From: a virus | Taxonomy: Duplodnaviria > Caudoviricetes | Length of the DNA stretch: 64,000 nucleotides | Virus record (IMG/VR): IMGVR_UViG_3300030098_006079 | Strand: one strand, 5' to 3' | Shown here: positions 19,461 through 28,795 of the stretch, piece by piece | Numbering within the stretch: position 1 is the stretch's first letter | How the letters are laid out: every line of letters starts with the position of its first letter | Notes under the pieces: generated by a model | Told to the model about the DNA's origin: nothing | What the model saw: only the letters and a program-made list of their open reading frames with translations | Database searches by the model: none | Position numbers and translations under genes: made by a program

Positions 19461-20705
19461 ATGAACCGGAGACAGTTTATAGGGTCGTTAGGTTTAACAT
19501 TTGCGTTACCTCAATTAGAAGTTTTTGGTAGTACTACAACAGATATAAAAAGATTAGCAGTAGTATATGTACCCAATGGTATAAACATGAGCCATTGGAC
19601 ACCGAACGGGTATGGAGATATTATTGATATACCTAATACTCTATCTCCTCTTCAAGATCATTTAAAACAAACTCAGGTCATTTCTGGTCTAACTCATGAT
19701 AAAGCTAGAGCAAATGGCGACGGGGCTGGAGATCACGCAAGAGCAGCTTCTACATTTTTAACAGGTAAGCAGGCTCACAAACACGAATCTAAAATTAGAT
19801 CTGGTAAATCTGTCGACCAACATATTGCAGACAAGTATAACGGAGTTACAAGATTTGATAGTTTGCAGATTACAGGTAGTAAGTCACGTTTAGTAGGTAA
19901 ATGTGATTCTGGTTATAGTTGTGCCTATCAATATAACTTATCTTGGAAGAACGCCCAACAACCAATGGCCGCAATGCATGACCCGCAAGATATTTTTAAT
20001 AGACTCTTTAATGTTAAGACATTAGAACAAAAACAATTAGCGCAGAAAAAATCTATACTTGATTTTGTCTTAGAAGAAAGTAAAACTCTCGAAGGGAAAT
20101 TACCAGCATCAGATAAAGTTAAATTAGACGAATATATGTATGCTGTAAGAGAAGTTGAGAAAGATTTACAAAACAGAGAGCGCTTCAAACTCGATAAAGA
20201 TTTTAACTTTGATTTTGAAATTAACAAAAAATCTGATAAAATAAGATTATTATACAAGTTAATGCATTTGGCATTCTTAAATGATACAACAAGAGTCGCT
20301 ACGTTCTTAACTCAGCATGATGGTTATAATGGTCCTCATAGAGAGATTGGTATAGCAGATGGGCATCATAGTTTATCTCATCACCAAAAAGACCCTAAGA
20401 AACTACATCAACTTGCAATGATAGATTTATATAATGTAAGGTTGTTTTCTGAATTTATTTCTGATCTTAAAAAAGATAACTTGTTAGAGAGCACAGATGT
20501 AATTTATGGTGCTGGTATATCAGATGGTAACAGACACAATCATGACGAGTTACCTGTTTTATTAGTCGGTGGTAAAAATAAAGGCAAACACTTTAGAGTT
20601 GAGAAAGAAAAACCTATGTGTGATTTATTTGTTAGTTTACTACACAAACATAATATAGATGTTCATCACTTTGGAGATTCCACAGGAGAGCTTAACGTAG
20701 TTTAA
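19461..20705 (+). CDS. DUF1552 family protein with Tat signal
   Basis: MNRRQF twin-arginine leader, YVPNG, DGAGDHAR, SVDQHIA, CDSGYSCAYQYNLSW, HHSLSHH, SDGNRHNHDELP. Confidence 0.85.
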   Translation: MNRRQFIGSLGLTFALPQLEVFGSTTTDIKRLAVVYVPNGINMSHWTPNGYGDIIDIPNTLSPLQDHLKQTQVISGLTHDKARANGDGAGDHARAASTFLTGKQAHKHESKIRSGKSVDQHIADKYNGVTRFDSLQITGSKSRLVGKCDSGYSCAYQYNLSWKNAQQPMAAMHDPQDIFNRLFNVKTLEQKQLAQKKSILDFVLEESKTLEGKLPASDKVKLDEYMYAVREVEKDLQNRERFKLDKDFNFDFEINKKSDKIRLLYKLMHLAFLNDTTRVATFLTQHDGYNGPHREIGIADGHHSLSHHQKDPKKLHQLAMIDLYNVRLFSEFISDLKKDNLLESTDVIYGAGISDGNRHNHDELPVLLVGGKNKGKHFRVEKEKPMCDLFVSLLHKHNIDVHHFGDSTGELNVV

Positions 20706-21271
20706 ATTAATTTAGACTCAAGTCTAGTAAACGAAAATGTTGCTCCGGCAACTATTTCATCTGTATTGTTATAATCCCATTGTATTTGAGATAAAGCTGT
20801 AGGAAAAGCTCCTACATAATCCCACTGTATTTTTCTATTTTCATATTCGTCTAAACCGTAAACAGTTAAATTAGAGGAATACACAGAAAGTAATTGTGAT
20901 GGATTATTATATTTTATAATTTCATCTTCATTTACTGTACCTAATTGTACATCATTGATTACGTCTAACCATTTATATATTGCCCAATAATTTGAATATT
21001 CGTTGTCTATTTTAAAATTAAAATCAAATTCACTATATGGAGATCTTGTGTGAGAGCTAACTTTTATAGATTGAGCACCATACGGGATAACTTTTTCTGG
21101 TACAATAATAGATGGAGTTACAGTACCAGTAATAGATATTTCTAAACTATTAGCATTAATGCGATTAGTGTTTCTATTTATATTATCTGTAATTTCTTTT
21201 ATACCTTCAGGTAAGTTTAAAACTAAGATAAATTTATCTTGTCTATTTTTATTTAGAGGTGCTTGTTTCAT
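20702..21271 (-). CDS. gp3: Tail tube terminator / gp3-like
   Basis: FKIDNEYSNYWAIYKW and GAFPTALS motifs of the gp3/gp19 family. Confidence 0.65.
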   Translation of the reverse strand: MKQAPLNKNRQDKFILVLNLPEGIKEITDNINRNTNRINANSLEISITGTVTPSIIVPEKVIPYGAQSIKVSSHTRSPYSEFDFNFKIDNEYSNYWAIYKWLDVINDVQLGTVNEDEIIKYNNPSQLLSVYSSNLTVYGLDEYENRKIQWDYVGAFPTALSQIQWDYNNTDEIVAGATFSFTRLESKLI

Positions 21272-22974
21272 ACTCTTGTCCAGCCTTCAGCTTCTAATAA
21301 TTCTATATCATTTACTTCACCGTCGCCAAAAATATTTATGTCTTCAAAGTAAACTGGCGGGGGACTCCAACTATCATCTATGTCCTGATATTTATAATCT
21401 TGCAAGAAATTACTGAACTTTTGATCAATATATGCGCCAAGTTCTAGCTTAGCTGGTCGTTGGTTACTATCAATATCTAGTACATTGTAATATCGTTGTA
21501 CAATACTATTTTCTAATATTAGTAATGCCCACGTCAAAGCCATTACTCTATCATCTGCATCATATCCAGGTTGAGCAGCCCATGACCCATTTGGGTAACG
21601 TACGAAGTTTTTAAGTTCTTCAACAGCGAGTTTAGATTTTAATTGTACACATTTTAATTCATTAACCCAATATCTCATATTAGTTATACCTTTGTATTTG
21701 GTGTTTGTATGAGCGTATACTCCTAATCTATCAAACTTTACCTGACCTACTTTAGGAGACCAATTTACTATATTTCTGTAATTGTATTGGTGGTATAAAT
21801 TATCTACAACTTGGCTACCGCAATTATTTCTTTCTATTAACACAGGCGGTGTACCCCAGTGATAACATATGTCTCTTACTTTAGTTGTAAACTCAAATGG
21901 ATTAATTTGATTACTCGCATACTCAGCAACTTGTTTTATATTTTGTAAATCTGTTATATCTAATACTTGTATAACGCTATGGTTTTGCTGAACTCCTTCT
22001 GCAACATCAACCCCGATTGTATATAAGTTTTCTTTATTCGGTTCTTCCCAAACACTATAACAACCATCATCAAAGAGATATTCTGGATCCTTTGTCTCAC
22101 TTGAGAGCTTAGCGTAGAATACTTCATCAATAAACGAATCACCAGTGTCTAAAAACTTACATTCAAACTCTTGCGCAAAGGCTTCTTCACTACCTATCGA
22201 ACGTATTGTATCTTGCTTCCACGCTTCATCACGCCCCGGGATTTCATCCCATAATATTTTTTCTGCTTTCCAGTTACTCTTACCATTATCTGCGTCAGTA
22301 TATAAATTATAAAAAAGATTATTACTACCGTTTGGGGTAGACGCTACGAATATTTTTGATTTTTTTGAACTTGATATAATAGGATAAACAGACTTCCAAA
22401 AGCTATCTACTAAATTATTTGGAATGAACGCAAGCTCGTCTAGAATTAATACATTACAAGAATCACCACGACCAGCATCTGAACTTGTAGTACTAATACC
22501 TATACTACTACCATTTGCTAATTTCATCGATGTTTTACCGTATTCGAGTACCCCAGGTTTAAGATAGTTAGGTAACTTTTCATATGCTGTACGTACACGA
22601 GAAAATATATTAATAGCGGTTTGTTCTTTGTTAGCTACAATTAATATACGTTGATCATCTTGGAAGCACGCTATCCATAGTGCATAGATGGTCATCATTG
22701 TAGTTTTACCAGTCTGTCTAGAAGCAAGACAAGCTACAAATCTATTATCTCTCAAACTACGTAAAACTCTCTTTTGACAAGAGTATAATTCTATTTTTAT
22801 TTTACCTCTATCTAGGTTAACTATATAAAAAAAGTTCTCTGCGAAATACAAAATATTTTGTTTTGCTTTCTTAAGAGTCTTTACCATTTGCGGAGTCCAT
22901 TCAAACTCCATATTAGCGTTAGGTAAATCTTTATTACCTAAATAGAACTTATCCTCTTTTTTTTGGCGCGGCAT
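21268..22974 (-). CDS. gp17: Terminase large subunit gp17
   Basis: SRQTGKTT, LILDELAF, ASTPNG, FAQEFEC, GVDVAEG, DDRVMAL. Start re-called at ATG 22974 (MPRQKK) behind the TAAATA motif. Confidence 0.95.
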   Translation of the reverse strand: MPRQKKEDKFYLGNKDLPNANMEFEWTPQMVKTLKKAKQNILYFAENFFYIVNLDRGKIKIELYSCQKRVLRSLRDNRFVACLASRQTGKTTMMTIYALWIACFQDDQRILIVANKEQTAINIFSRVRTAYEKLPNYLKPGVLEYGKTSMKLANGSSIGISTTSSDAGRGDSCNVLILDELAFIPNNLVDSFWKSVYPIISSSKKSKIFVASTPNGSNNLFYNLYTDADNGKSNWKAEKILWDEIPGRDEAWKQDTIRSIGSEEAFAQEFECKFLDTGDSFIDEVFYAKLSSETKDPEYLFDDGCYSVWEEPNKENLYTIGVDVAEGVQQNHSVIQVLDITDLQNIKQVAEYASNQINPFEFTTKVRDICYHWGTPPVLIERNNCGSQVVDNLYHQYNYRNIVNWSPKVGQVKFDRLGVYAHTNTKYKGITNMRYWVNELKCVQLKSKLAVEELKNFVRYPNGSWAAQPGYDADDRVMALTWALLILENSIVQRYYNVLDIDSNQRPAKLELGAYIDQKFSNFLQDYKYQDIDDSWSPPPVYFEDINIFGDGEVNDIELLEAEGWTRV

Positions 22975-22977
22975 TAA

Positions 22978-22987
22978 TAAATATTTA
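22978..22987. promoter_or_regulatory. Palindromic TAAATATTTA, putative bidirectional late promoter
   Basis: Perfect palindrome in the 14-bp gap between divergent ATGs at 22974 and 22989. Confidence 0.6.
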
Positions 22988-22988
22988 C

Positions 22989-23969
22989 ATGACCGGAAAA
23001 GATTTCGACACATTAAATGAAGCTTACAGAACTAAAGTAAGCGAGGTAGCACCTGCAGTAGCAGTAGTAGGTCGCGCTGTTGCAGGCGTTGCCGCTAAGA
23101 AAGCAGGTCAAGCATTAGCTAAACGTCTTAAAAAAGACGAAGAAGAAGTAGAAGAGGGTAAACACGAAAAACCCGACTATATAGATGCTGATGGAGATGG
23201 TGATAAAAAAGAGCCGATGAAGAAAGCTCTCAAAGATAAGAAAAAGAAAGTTAATGAAAAGGCTTCCGATCAACGACCTAAAGATGAAGTAAAAGCGGAT
23301 GAAGTTGAAGAGGGTGGTTGTGATCAGGTACATGATGAATTACAGGAACCTGTTGACGGAGAAGAAAAAGAAGATAAAAAGCCTAAAAAAACTGCGAAAG
23401 AGAGCATAAATAATTCTAACAAAGGTAATATTATGTCCGAAAATAAATCAACATTTGACGAGCTCTACGAGAGCGTAATGAGCGAAGACGAAGATTTTGA
23501 ACTTGGTCTTCCCACCGAAGACGAAACTGATGGTATTGATGAGCTCGAGCTCGGAGATGACGAAGGCGAAGGCGGCGATATAACAGTAACGTTATCTCAA
23601 GCTGATGTCGATTGTCTAAAATCAATTCTTGACCAAGTAGGTGGTGGTGATGAGCCAGAAGAAGAACTTGGTGATGAGCCAGATCCGCTTGAAGCTGGTT
23701 ACCATGGAGAGAGTACTGAAGAAGATGGTGAAGTAACTGAAGAAGATACTACCCATACTAAAGACGGTACTAAAACTGGAGTAGATCCTTCTGACGGTGG
23801 CGGTATCACAGCCAAAGCTAATGAAGACGGGCTCGGTGGTAAGTCTTCTGGTACAGGAGATGCTAGTACAACTGATGAAATTGACGGTGGTAAAGATACT
23901 GGCGAAGGCAAGAAACCGGGACATACTAAAGCAAAGGGTGCTGGTAAGCCTGGTTCACAAGCTGTTTAA
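22989..23969 (+). CDS. Highly acidic late protein (prohead core/internal protein candidate) with DxDxDG loop
   Basis: D/E-rich, YIDADGDGDKKEPMKK, several L/V-x-E sites. Confidence 0.6.
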   Translation: MTGKDFDTLNEAYRTKVSEVAPAVAVVGRAVAGVAAKKAGQALAKRLKKDEEEVEEGKHEKPDYIDADGDGDKKEPMKKALKDKKKKVNEKASDQRPKDEVKADEVEEGGCDQVHDELQEPVDGEEKEDKKPKKTAKESINNSNKGNIMSENKSTFDELYESVMSEDEDFELGLPTEDETDGIDELELGDDEGEGGDITVTLSQADVDCLKSILDQVGGGDEPEEELGDEPDPLEAGYHGESTEEDGEVTEEDTTHTKDGTKTGVDPSDGGGITAKANEDGLGGKSSGTGDASTTDEIDGGKDTGEGKKPGHTKAKGAGKPGSQAV

Positions 23970-23994
23970 GACCTCTAATAATTATACCTTTAAG

Positions 23995-24026
23995 AAAGCC
24001 TCTCGTGTAAGCGGGAGGCTTTTTTT
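23995..24026 (+). terminator. Intrinsic terminator
   Basis: AAAGCCTCTCG-TGTAAG-CGGGAGGCTTT hairpin followed by a T run, just after the stop at 23969. Confidence 0.85.
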
Positions 24027-24041
24027 ATTAAATAATTAAAA

Positions 24042-24380
24042 ATGACCCCTACATTTGATTCATTATTAAAAACAATAAAAGAAGGTTTAAGAAAGCCAAG
24101 AAATGTTTTAGGTAAAAGACATATGCAAGGATCTACAGGTATGGCTCGAGATAGGCAAAATTTACTTGCCAAATCAAACCGAGCTACTCCTAACTACCCT
24201 CATAAATTAAAAGATTTAAAATGTAAACAAAGCGGGCAATATTTATTAACTTCAGTTGAAGTGAATCAAATAAAAGAACTGTATAACATAACAGATTTAG
24301 AGCAAAGAAAATCTCGTATGTTAGGTAATACAGGAATAACCTTTTTTATAGACAATAACGAATATTACATTAAAAAGTAA
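24042..24380 (+). CDS. Hypothetical basic late protein
   Basis: TAAATAATT upstream; MTPTFDSLLKTIKE leader. Confidence 0.6.
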   Translation: MTPTFDSLLKTIKEGLRKPRNVLGKRHMQGSTGMARDRQNLLAKSNRATPNYPHKLKDLKCKQSGQYLLTSVEVNQIKELYNITDLEQRKSRMLGNTGITFFIDNNEYYIKK

Positions 24381-25111
24381 TGCCAGGTTATCTTACACAG
24401 AGCGTTAGTGCTACTCCTTTCTATGAAGGAGCTGCAAATACTGATAGGTTCGGTACTAAACATATCGCGACAACAGAAAGAAATAATACGTACAAGGTTT
24501 GGTGGAAGGAACAAGTACGTTTATATGGGACACAGATTGATTATTATGCTCGCAATTTTTCGCTGAGCGCTACCGATAAAGTATATGGTGAGAACACTTA
24601 TCAAGGTTATCACCCAAAAGCTACATTTGTAATGTTAATTGACCTCTCTGACGGTAATATGACTTACTCTGAATTTGGTTTAGTTTCAGATGATGAGTTG
24701 ACTGCAATTATAGATATTGAAACATATCAACAAAACTTATCTACATATTATAATTCTAGTGACGACACATTGCCAAAAGCAGGTGATGTATTTCAATTAA
24801 CAGAATATGGTAGTATCGATAGACCTCTAAGTAACGGTAAAATATTTGAAATTACAGAGCGCTTAGATCAAAGCATAAAAGAAATAAATCAATTACAAGG
24901 GCACTATGTTTTTAAATTACGCGCTAGGCGTAATGACCACACTTTCCTATCTGGTTTAACACCTGAATTGAGTTCAACTCAAGTTGTTGATACGTCAGGA
25001 GTTGGTCAGTTAAGTTCCATTGAAATTGATTATATTAATGATTTAGATACTGAACAGGGTAGTTATTTTGATTATGGTTCTAATGATGATGTATATGGAG
25101 ACTATTATTGA
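24380..25111 (+). CDS. gp14: Neck protein gp14-like
   Basis: EQVRLYGTQIDYYAR...DKVYGE, FGLVSDDEL, PKAGDVF, FEITE. Confidence 0.65.
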   Translation: MPGYLTQSVSATPFYEGAANTDRFGTKHIATTERNNTYKVWWKEQVRLYGTQIDYYARNFSLSATDKVYGENTYQGYHPKATFVMLIDLSDGNMTYSEFGLVSDDELTAIIDIETYQQNLSTYYNSSDDTLPKAGDVFQLTEYGSIDRPLSNGKIFEITERLDQSIKEINQLQGHYVFKLRARRNDHTFLSGLTPELSSTQVVDTSGVGQLSSIEIDYINDLDTEQGSYFDYGSNDDVYGDYY

Positions 25112-25317
25112 CGCTCAGCTACAGAAGCATTTTCGTATTCAATTTCTATATCCTTAAGTACTGAAGGGAATCTCTCAGCAATATATTTTCCAATTGGTAT
25201 AGGTTTAAGGCACTCCTTTTCATAACCCATTTTTTCTGCTTTTTCAGAGATAATGTTTACTGCTTCATATAAGCACATCCAACGTGCTAGTTTCGAATGA
25301 TCTTGTTTATTTATCAT
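25105..25317 (-). CDS. Hypothetical protein
   Basis: 70 aa ORF overlapping the upstream gene end. Confidence 0.5.
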   Translation of the reverse strand: MINKQDHSKLARWMCLYEAVNIISEKAEKMGYEKECLKPIPIGKYIAERFPSVLKDIEIEYENASVAERQ

Positions 25318-25696
25318 AAATTATTTTAGTAGGTAATACCGTATTATATTCTATATTAATTTTATTATTAGCGCCACAATGTACGCATTCAAAAGAATTT
25401 TCTTCAGTGAGATCTATCGACACATTATTTGTATTTTTGCAACCTTGACACTCAACAAAGATTTTATTTTTCTCCGCTAATTGTGCTAATTTAATATTCT
25501 CTTTTTCGAGATTAAGTTTTGCAATATATCGCAAGACATTGTTATATATTAAGAAGAAAATTATTTGTATGATAGTTGCGAGTAGAAAGGCATTTAAAAA
25601 TGAACCAGTGCGTTCAGTTATAATATAATATAACCCCCCTACAGAACTTGAAATTATTGTTAGTAAAATTAAACTACGAATTATTTGTGCCGTCAT
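25307..25696 (-). CDS. Membrane protein with C-terminal zinc ribbon
   Basis: Two hydrophobic helices, then CQGC...CVHC. Confidence 0.6.
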   Translation of the reverse strand: MTAQIIRSLILLTIISSSVGGLYYIITERTGSFLNAFLLATIIQIIFFLIYNNVLRYIAKLNLEKENIKLAQLAEKNKIFVECQGCKNTNNVSIDLTEENSFECVHCGANNKINIEYNTVLPTKIIYDK

Positions 25697-26042
25697 GATC
25701 TAAATCGTCCGTGATCGATTTTATCATTTCTTGAATTTTTTGCAACTTAAAATTTACACTTTTTTTAGTCTCGTCGTCTGTTTTTACAGTTGGGTTTTCA
25801 AACAATTGATTTAATAAATAGGTCGCATCAGAAACATTTTTAAAAGCTCTCCCGAGCTGTTCTACGACATGATCACCAGGGAAAGGTTTGAGGTCGGTTT
25901 TTACTTGATTGTACGTCTCAGGACTTACTTTCGCAATATCCGCTAAAGTCTTTGTAGTAGGTCGAACATGTCGAGCCTTTACATCTTTCCAGTACTTGTT
26001 AGTGTACATGTATAAATCTTCGAAAAGTATGCCTTTCATCAT
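25674..26042 (-). CDS. Hypothetical late protein
   Basis: TAAATAC upstream; 122 aa. Confidence 0.55.
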   Translation of the reverse strand: MMKGILFEDLYMYTNKYWKDVKARHVRPTTKTLADIAKVSPETYNQVKTDLKPFPGDHVVEQLGRAFKNVSDATYLLNQLFENPTVKTDDETKKSVNFKLQKIQEMIKSITDDLDHDGTNNS

Positions 26043-26063
26043 AAGTATTTAATAAATACTTAT
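26041..26063. promoter_or_regulatory. 11-bp inverted repeat forming back-to-back late promoters
   Basis: ATAAGTATTTA-A-TAAATACTTAT between divergent starts at 26042 and 26064. Confidence 0.6.
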
Positions 26064-26459
26064 ATGGGAAAGTTTAAAAATAAATTTTTATCTCTATTAA
26101 AAGAAGATGAAGAAGTACCAGCAGTAGATGCAACACCTGGTGATGATAGAGAGTCTCTTGCTAATACCTTAGACGATCCTGCGACAGCTGGCGACTTAGA
26201 AGACGTACAAGACACCCAACCCAACACTGCTCGAGAGTTAGAACTCTTACAGGATTGGACGTCAAACATTGACGAAATACTGCAATATTTAAATGGTGGT
26301 ACTGATAGTGTGTTAGGTGTTTTAAGAACTGATAATAAAATCGGTACGATTTTTGATGGTATTTCTGACGCTACTAAGTCAGAAGTATTAGATGTATGTG
26401 AGCGTTTAGCTAGTTTAAATCAAATCTTTAAAAACCTTTACTTAGAAAAGCATAAATAA
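26064..26459 (+). CDS. Hypothetical acidic late protein
   Basis: MGKFKNKFLSLLKE leader; late motif. Confidence 0.6.
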   Translation: MGKFKNKFLSLLKEDEEVPAVDATPGDDRESLANTLDDPATAGDLEDVQDTQPNTARELELLQDWTSNIDEILQYLNGGTDSVLGVLRTDNKIGTIFDGISDATKSEVLDVCERLASLNQIFKNLYLEKHK

Positions 26460-26463
26460 TTAT

Positions 26464-26661
26464 ATGGGCTTATTTGACGACAATAAAACAGAAGAAATTA
26501 GCGCTGAAGAGCAAGCAAAAATTGATGCTAAGCGTGAAGCAAAAGCAAAAGCAAAAGCTGAGAAGAAAGCAGCTGAAGCTGCTGCTAAATCTGCTCCAGC
26601 ACCCGCTGAGGATTATACAGAACAAGAGTTAGAGGAATTAAAAGTATTAGGTTATATTTGA
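26464..26661 (+). CDS. Small A/K/E-rich hypothetical protein
   Basis: TAAATAATT at 26453; low-complexity helix. Confidence 0.55.
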   Translation: MGLFDDNKTEEISAEEQAKIDAKREAKAKAKAEKKAAEAAAKSAPAPAEDYTEQELEELKVLGYI

Positions 26662-27677
26662 GATAACAAAAGTTTACCTTTTAGCTCGTCATAGCTATTA
26701 TTAATAATAAACTGAGATGAAATTTCGTCTCGGTTTATTTTTTGGCAAATATCATTAAAGTCTTTATACTTTTTTAATTCTCTCGGCCATATAAAACATT
26801 TTTCTCCAGCAGACAAAAGGGATATAGTTTTTTCTTTCGCGGTTATATCTAACCATTGATTATCAAGAACCCAAATTTTTTCGTGAAACGGTTTTTGTTC
26901 TATTTGTATTTTTTGTTTAGGGGTATAGCATGCTCTACCTTTAGTAATACCTCCAACAGCAACACCGTTTTTTGCAAAAAAGCAATCGATTGGTCCTTCA
27001 AATATGAAAATATAATCGAGTGACGAATCAATATTATCAAAATTAAATATAGTTTTATCTGACCCTATTTTAGAAAGGTATTTTGGTTTTTTATCTTTAA
27101 CTAGTATCTTACGAGATTGATAGAAAACTATATCTGTATTATCATAAAAAGGAATTATTATTCTATCTTTATGTACATAATCTTTCATACAGAACCATAG
27201 GCTTTTAGGTCTATTTACTGCAGTAAACAGTCTACGCTCTCTACACGTTTTTAATGCTAGCTCTACTGTTTTATCGTGTGCATAAAAAGCACATTGAGAT
27301 TTTTCATATAAATTTATACACTCCCCAGGTAAGGAAGGTTGAGGCTTTTCTTGTGTTTCTTTTTCTTTATAAGTTGATATGTTAAAATTATCAAATGATT
27401 TACTATCTTCAATAATTTCTAAAAACGTTTTGCCAGTTACTTCTTTTACCCATTTAGCAGGAGATCCAGACCATCCGCAGTTATGACAAAAAATTAAGTT
27501 TTGTTTATTAACGAAGTATAGGCGACGTTTTTTACCCCATGATTTACCCTCTCTGCATATAGGGCAACCACCTTCATATACATCAGTATATTTCTTGTAT
27601 TTAGGGTAACCGGCGTATTGGTAGAATTTTTCGATATAGTAATCTTGCGGTACTATATCAAGGTTTAGGTTTGCCAT
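26652..27677 (-). CDS. gp61: DNA primase gp61
   Basis: CPIC...CHNCG zinc domain, RIIIPFY, TOPRIM FIFEGPID, VLDN. Confidence 0.92.
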   Translation of the reverse strand: MANLNLDIVPQDYYIEKFYQYAGYPKYKKYTDVYEGGCPICREGKSWGKKRRLYFVNKQNLIFCHNCGWSGSPAKWVKEVTGKTFLEIIEDSKSFDNFNISTYKEKETQEKPQPSLPGECINLYEKSQCAFYAHDKTVELALKTCRERRLFTAVNRPKSLWFCMKDYVHKDRIIIPFYDNTDIVFYQSRKILVKDKKPKYLSKIGSDKTIFNFDNIDSSLDYIFIFEGPIDCFFAKNGVAVGGITKGRACYTPKQKIQIEQKPFHEKIWVLDNQWLDITAKEKTISLLSAGEKCFIWPRELKKYKDFNDICQKINRDEISSQFIINNSYDELKGKLLLSQI

Positions 27678-27864
27678 CTAGTTTTGTTGACTTAAGTGTT
27701 ATCTTTGTAACAAACTGATTAGATGATGGGCAAATATAATGAGCTTCAGTACGAATTTCATCACCAACACGCACTTCTCTAATTACAGGTCTAATCGTAT
27801 CACCGGTTATTGGTGATATAATATTTCTAGGTTGATCTGGTAATCCGTTAAAATGGTGCGACAT
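27658..27864 (-). CDS. Hypothetical protein
   Basis: 68 aa, overlaps rnh and primase. Confidence 0.55.
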   Translation of the reverse strand: MSHHFNGLPDQPRNIISPITGDTIRPVIREVRVGDEIRTEAHYICPSSNQFVTKITLKSTKLDGKPKP

Positions 27865-28795
27865 TGTGTATAGCCTTGTTAATAATATTTAATAATAATT
27901 CATCATTATTAAAGGTTTTTCTCCAAGAAGTCTCATTTCTTACTACTGTCCACATATCTAATTTTTTTGCTGCTTCTATAAATCTAGTAAAATTACTCGT
28001 ATGTAATGTTAAATCCTCTAATTGTTGTTTATACGCAGGTACTTCATCATCATAATAATGATATCCTTGTGTTAAATCCATTAATTGCCAATTGCGCTTA
28101 TATATTTCATATTGTTCTTCTGTTATTGAATCACCTCGTAGCAACGCCCATTCATCGTTGTTAGATACGTTTTTATGTTCTAATTTGAGAAATCTTTTTA
28201 TACCAAATCTAGGGAAGCCATTAATATTATCAGATTTATCTCCTGTTACAGCCCTATATGAAAGGTAATATTGTTTTTTAACTCCTGTATATTCTTCGAA
28301 ATTATTAAGAGTAATTTCTTTTTTCTTAATAGGATTAAATACAGTTACATTATTGCTCACTACCTGCAACAAATCTTTATCTGTTGTTACTACAACACTT
28401 GTACCAGGTAAGTTATGAGCAAGATAAGCCATAACATCATCTGCTTCCATTCGCTTTGGATAGATATTCTTTACACCAAGTAATGAAATAACGTCGATTA
28501 TTTGCTCTAAGAATTCAAATACATCCTTAAATTTTTCATCATCACGACCCGCTTTATATTCTACACTTGTCGCTTCTTTTCGAAAATTCGTTGACGGCCA
28601 ATCTAACTTTTTATCCCACGTGCAGTAAATATTTTTAGCTTGAAATTTATCTACATAAGATTTCAGCGCTCTAAGGAATAAAAAAATCTGACCCGGTGAG
28701 TCAGATTCGTTAATTTTAAAGTTACTAGTCCAGAATATTCGATACAACAAATTGTTGCCATCGATGATTATATTATTTTTCCCACCAGCTTTCAT
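27848..28795 (-). CDS. rnh: RNase H / 5'-3' exonuclease
   Basis: IIDGNN, YKAGR, MEADD, TTDKDLLQ, GDKSDNING. Confidence 0.92.
   Translation of the reverse strand: MKAGGKNNIIIDGNNLLYRIFWTSNFKINESDSPGQIFLFLRALKSYVDKFQAKNIYCTWDKKLDWPSTNFRKEATSVEYKAGRDDEKFKDVFEFLEQIIDVISLLGVKNIYPKRMEADDVMAYLAHNLPGTSVVVTTDKDLLQVVSNNVTVFNPIKKKEITLNNFEEYTGVKKQYYLSYRAVTGDKSDNINGFPRFGIKRFLKLEHKNVSNNDEWALLRGDSITEEQYEIYKRNWQLMDLTQGYHYYDDEVPAYKQQLEDLTLHTSNFTRFIEAAKKLDMWTVVRNETSWRKTFNNDELLLNIINKAIHNVAPF

Noticed and set aside
22975-23013. Track start of gp17 at 23013
   Set aside because: It would overlap the divergent gene and its promoter; ATG 22974 fits better.
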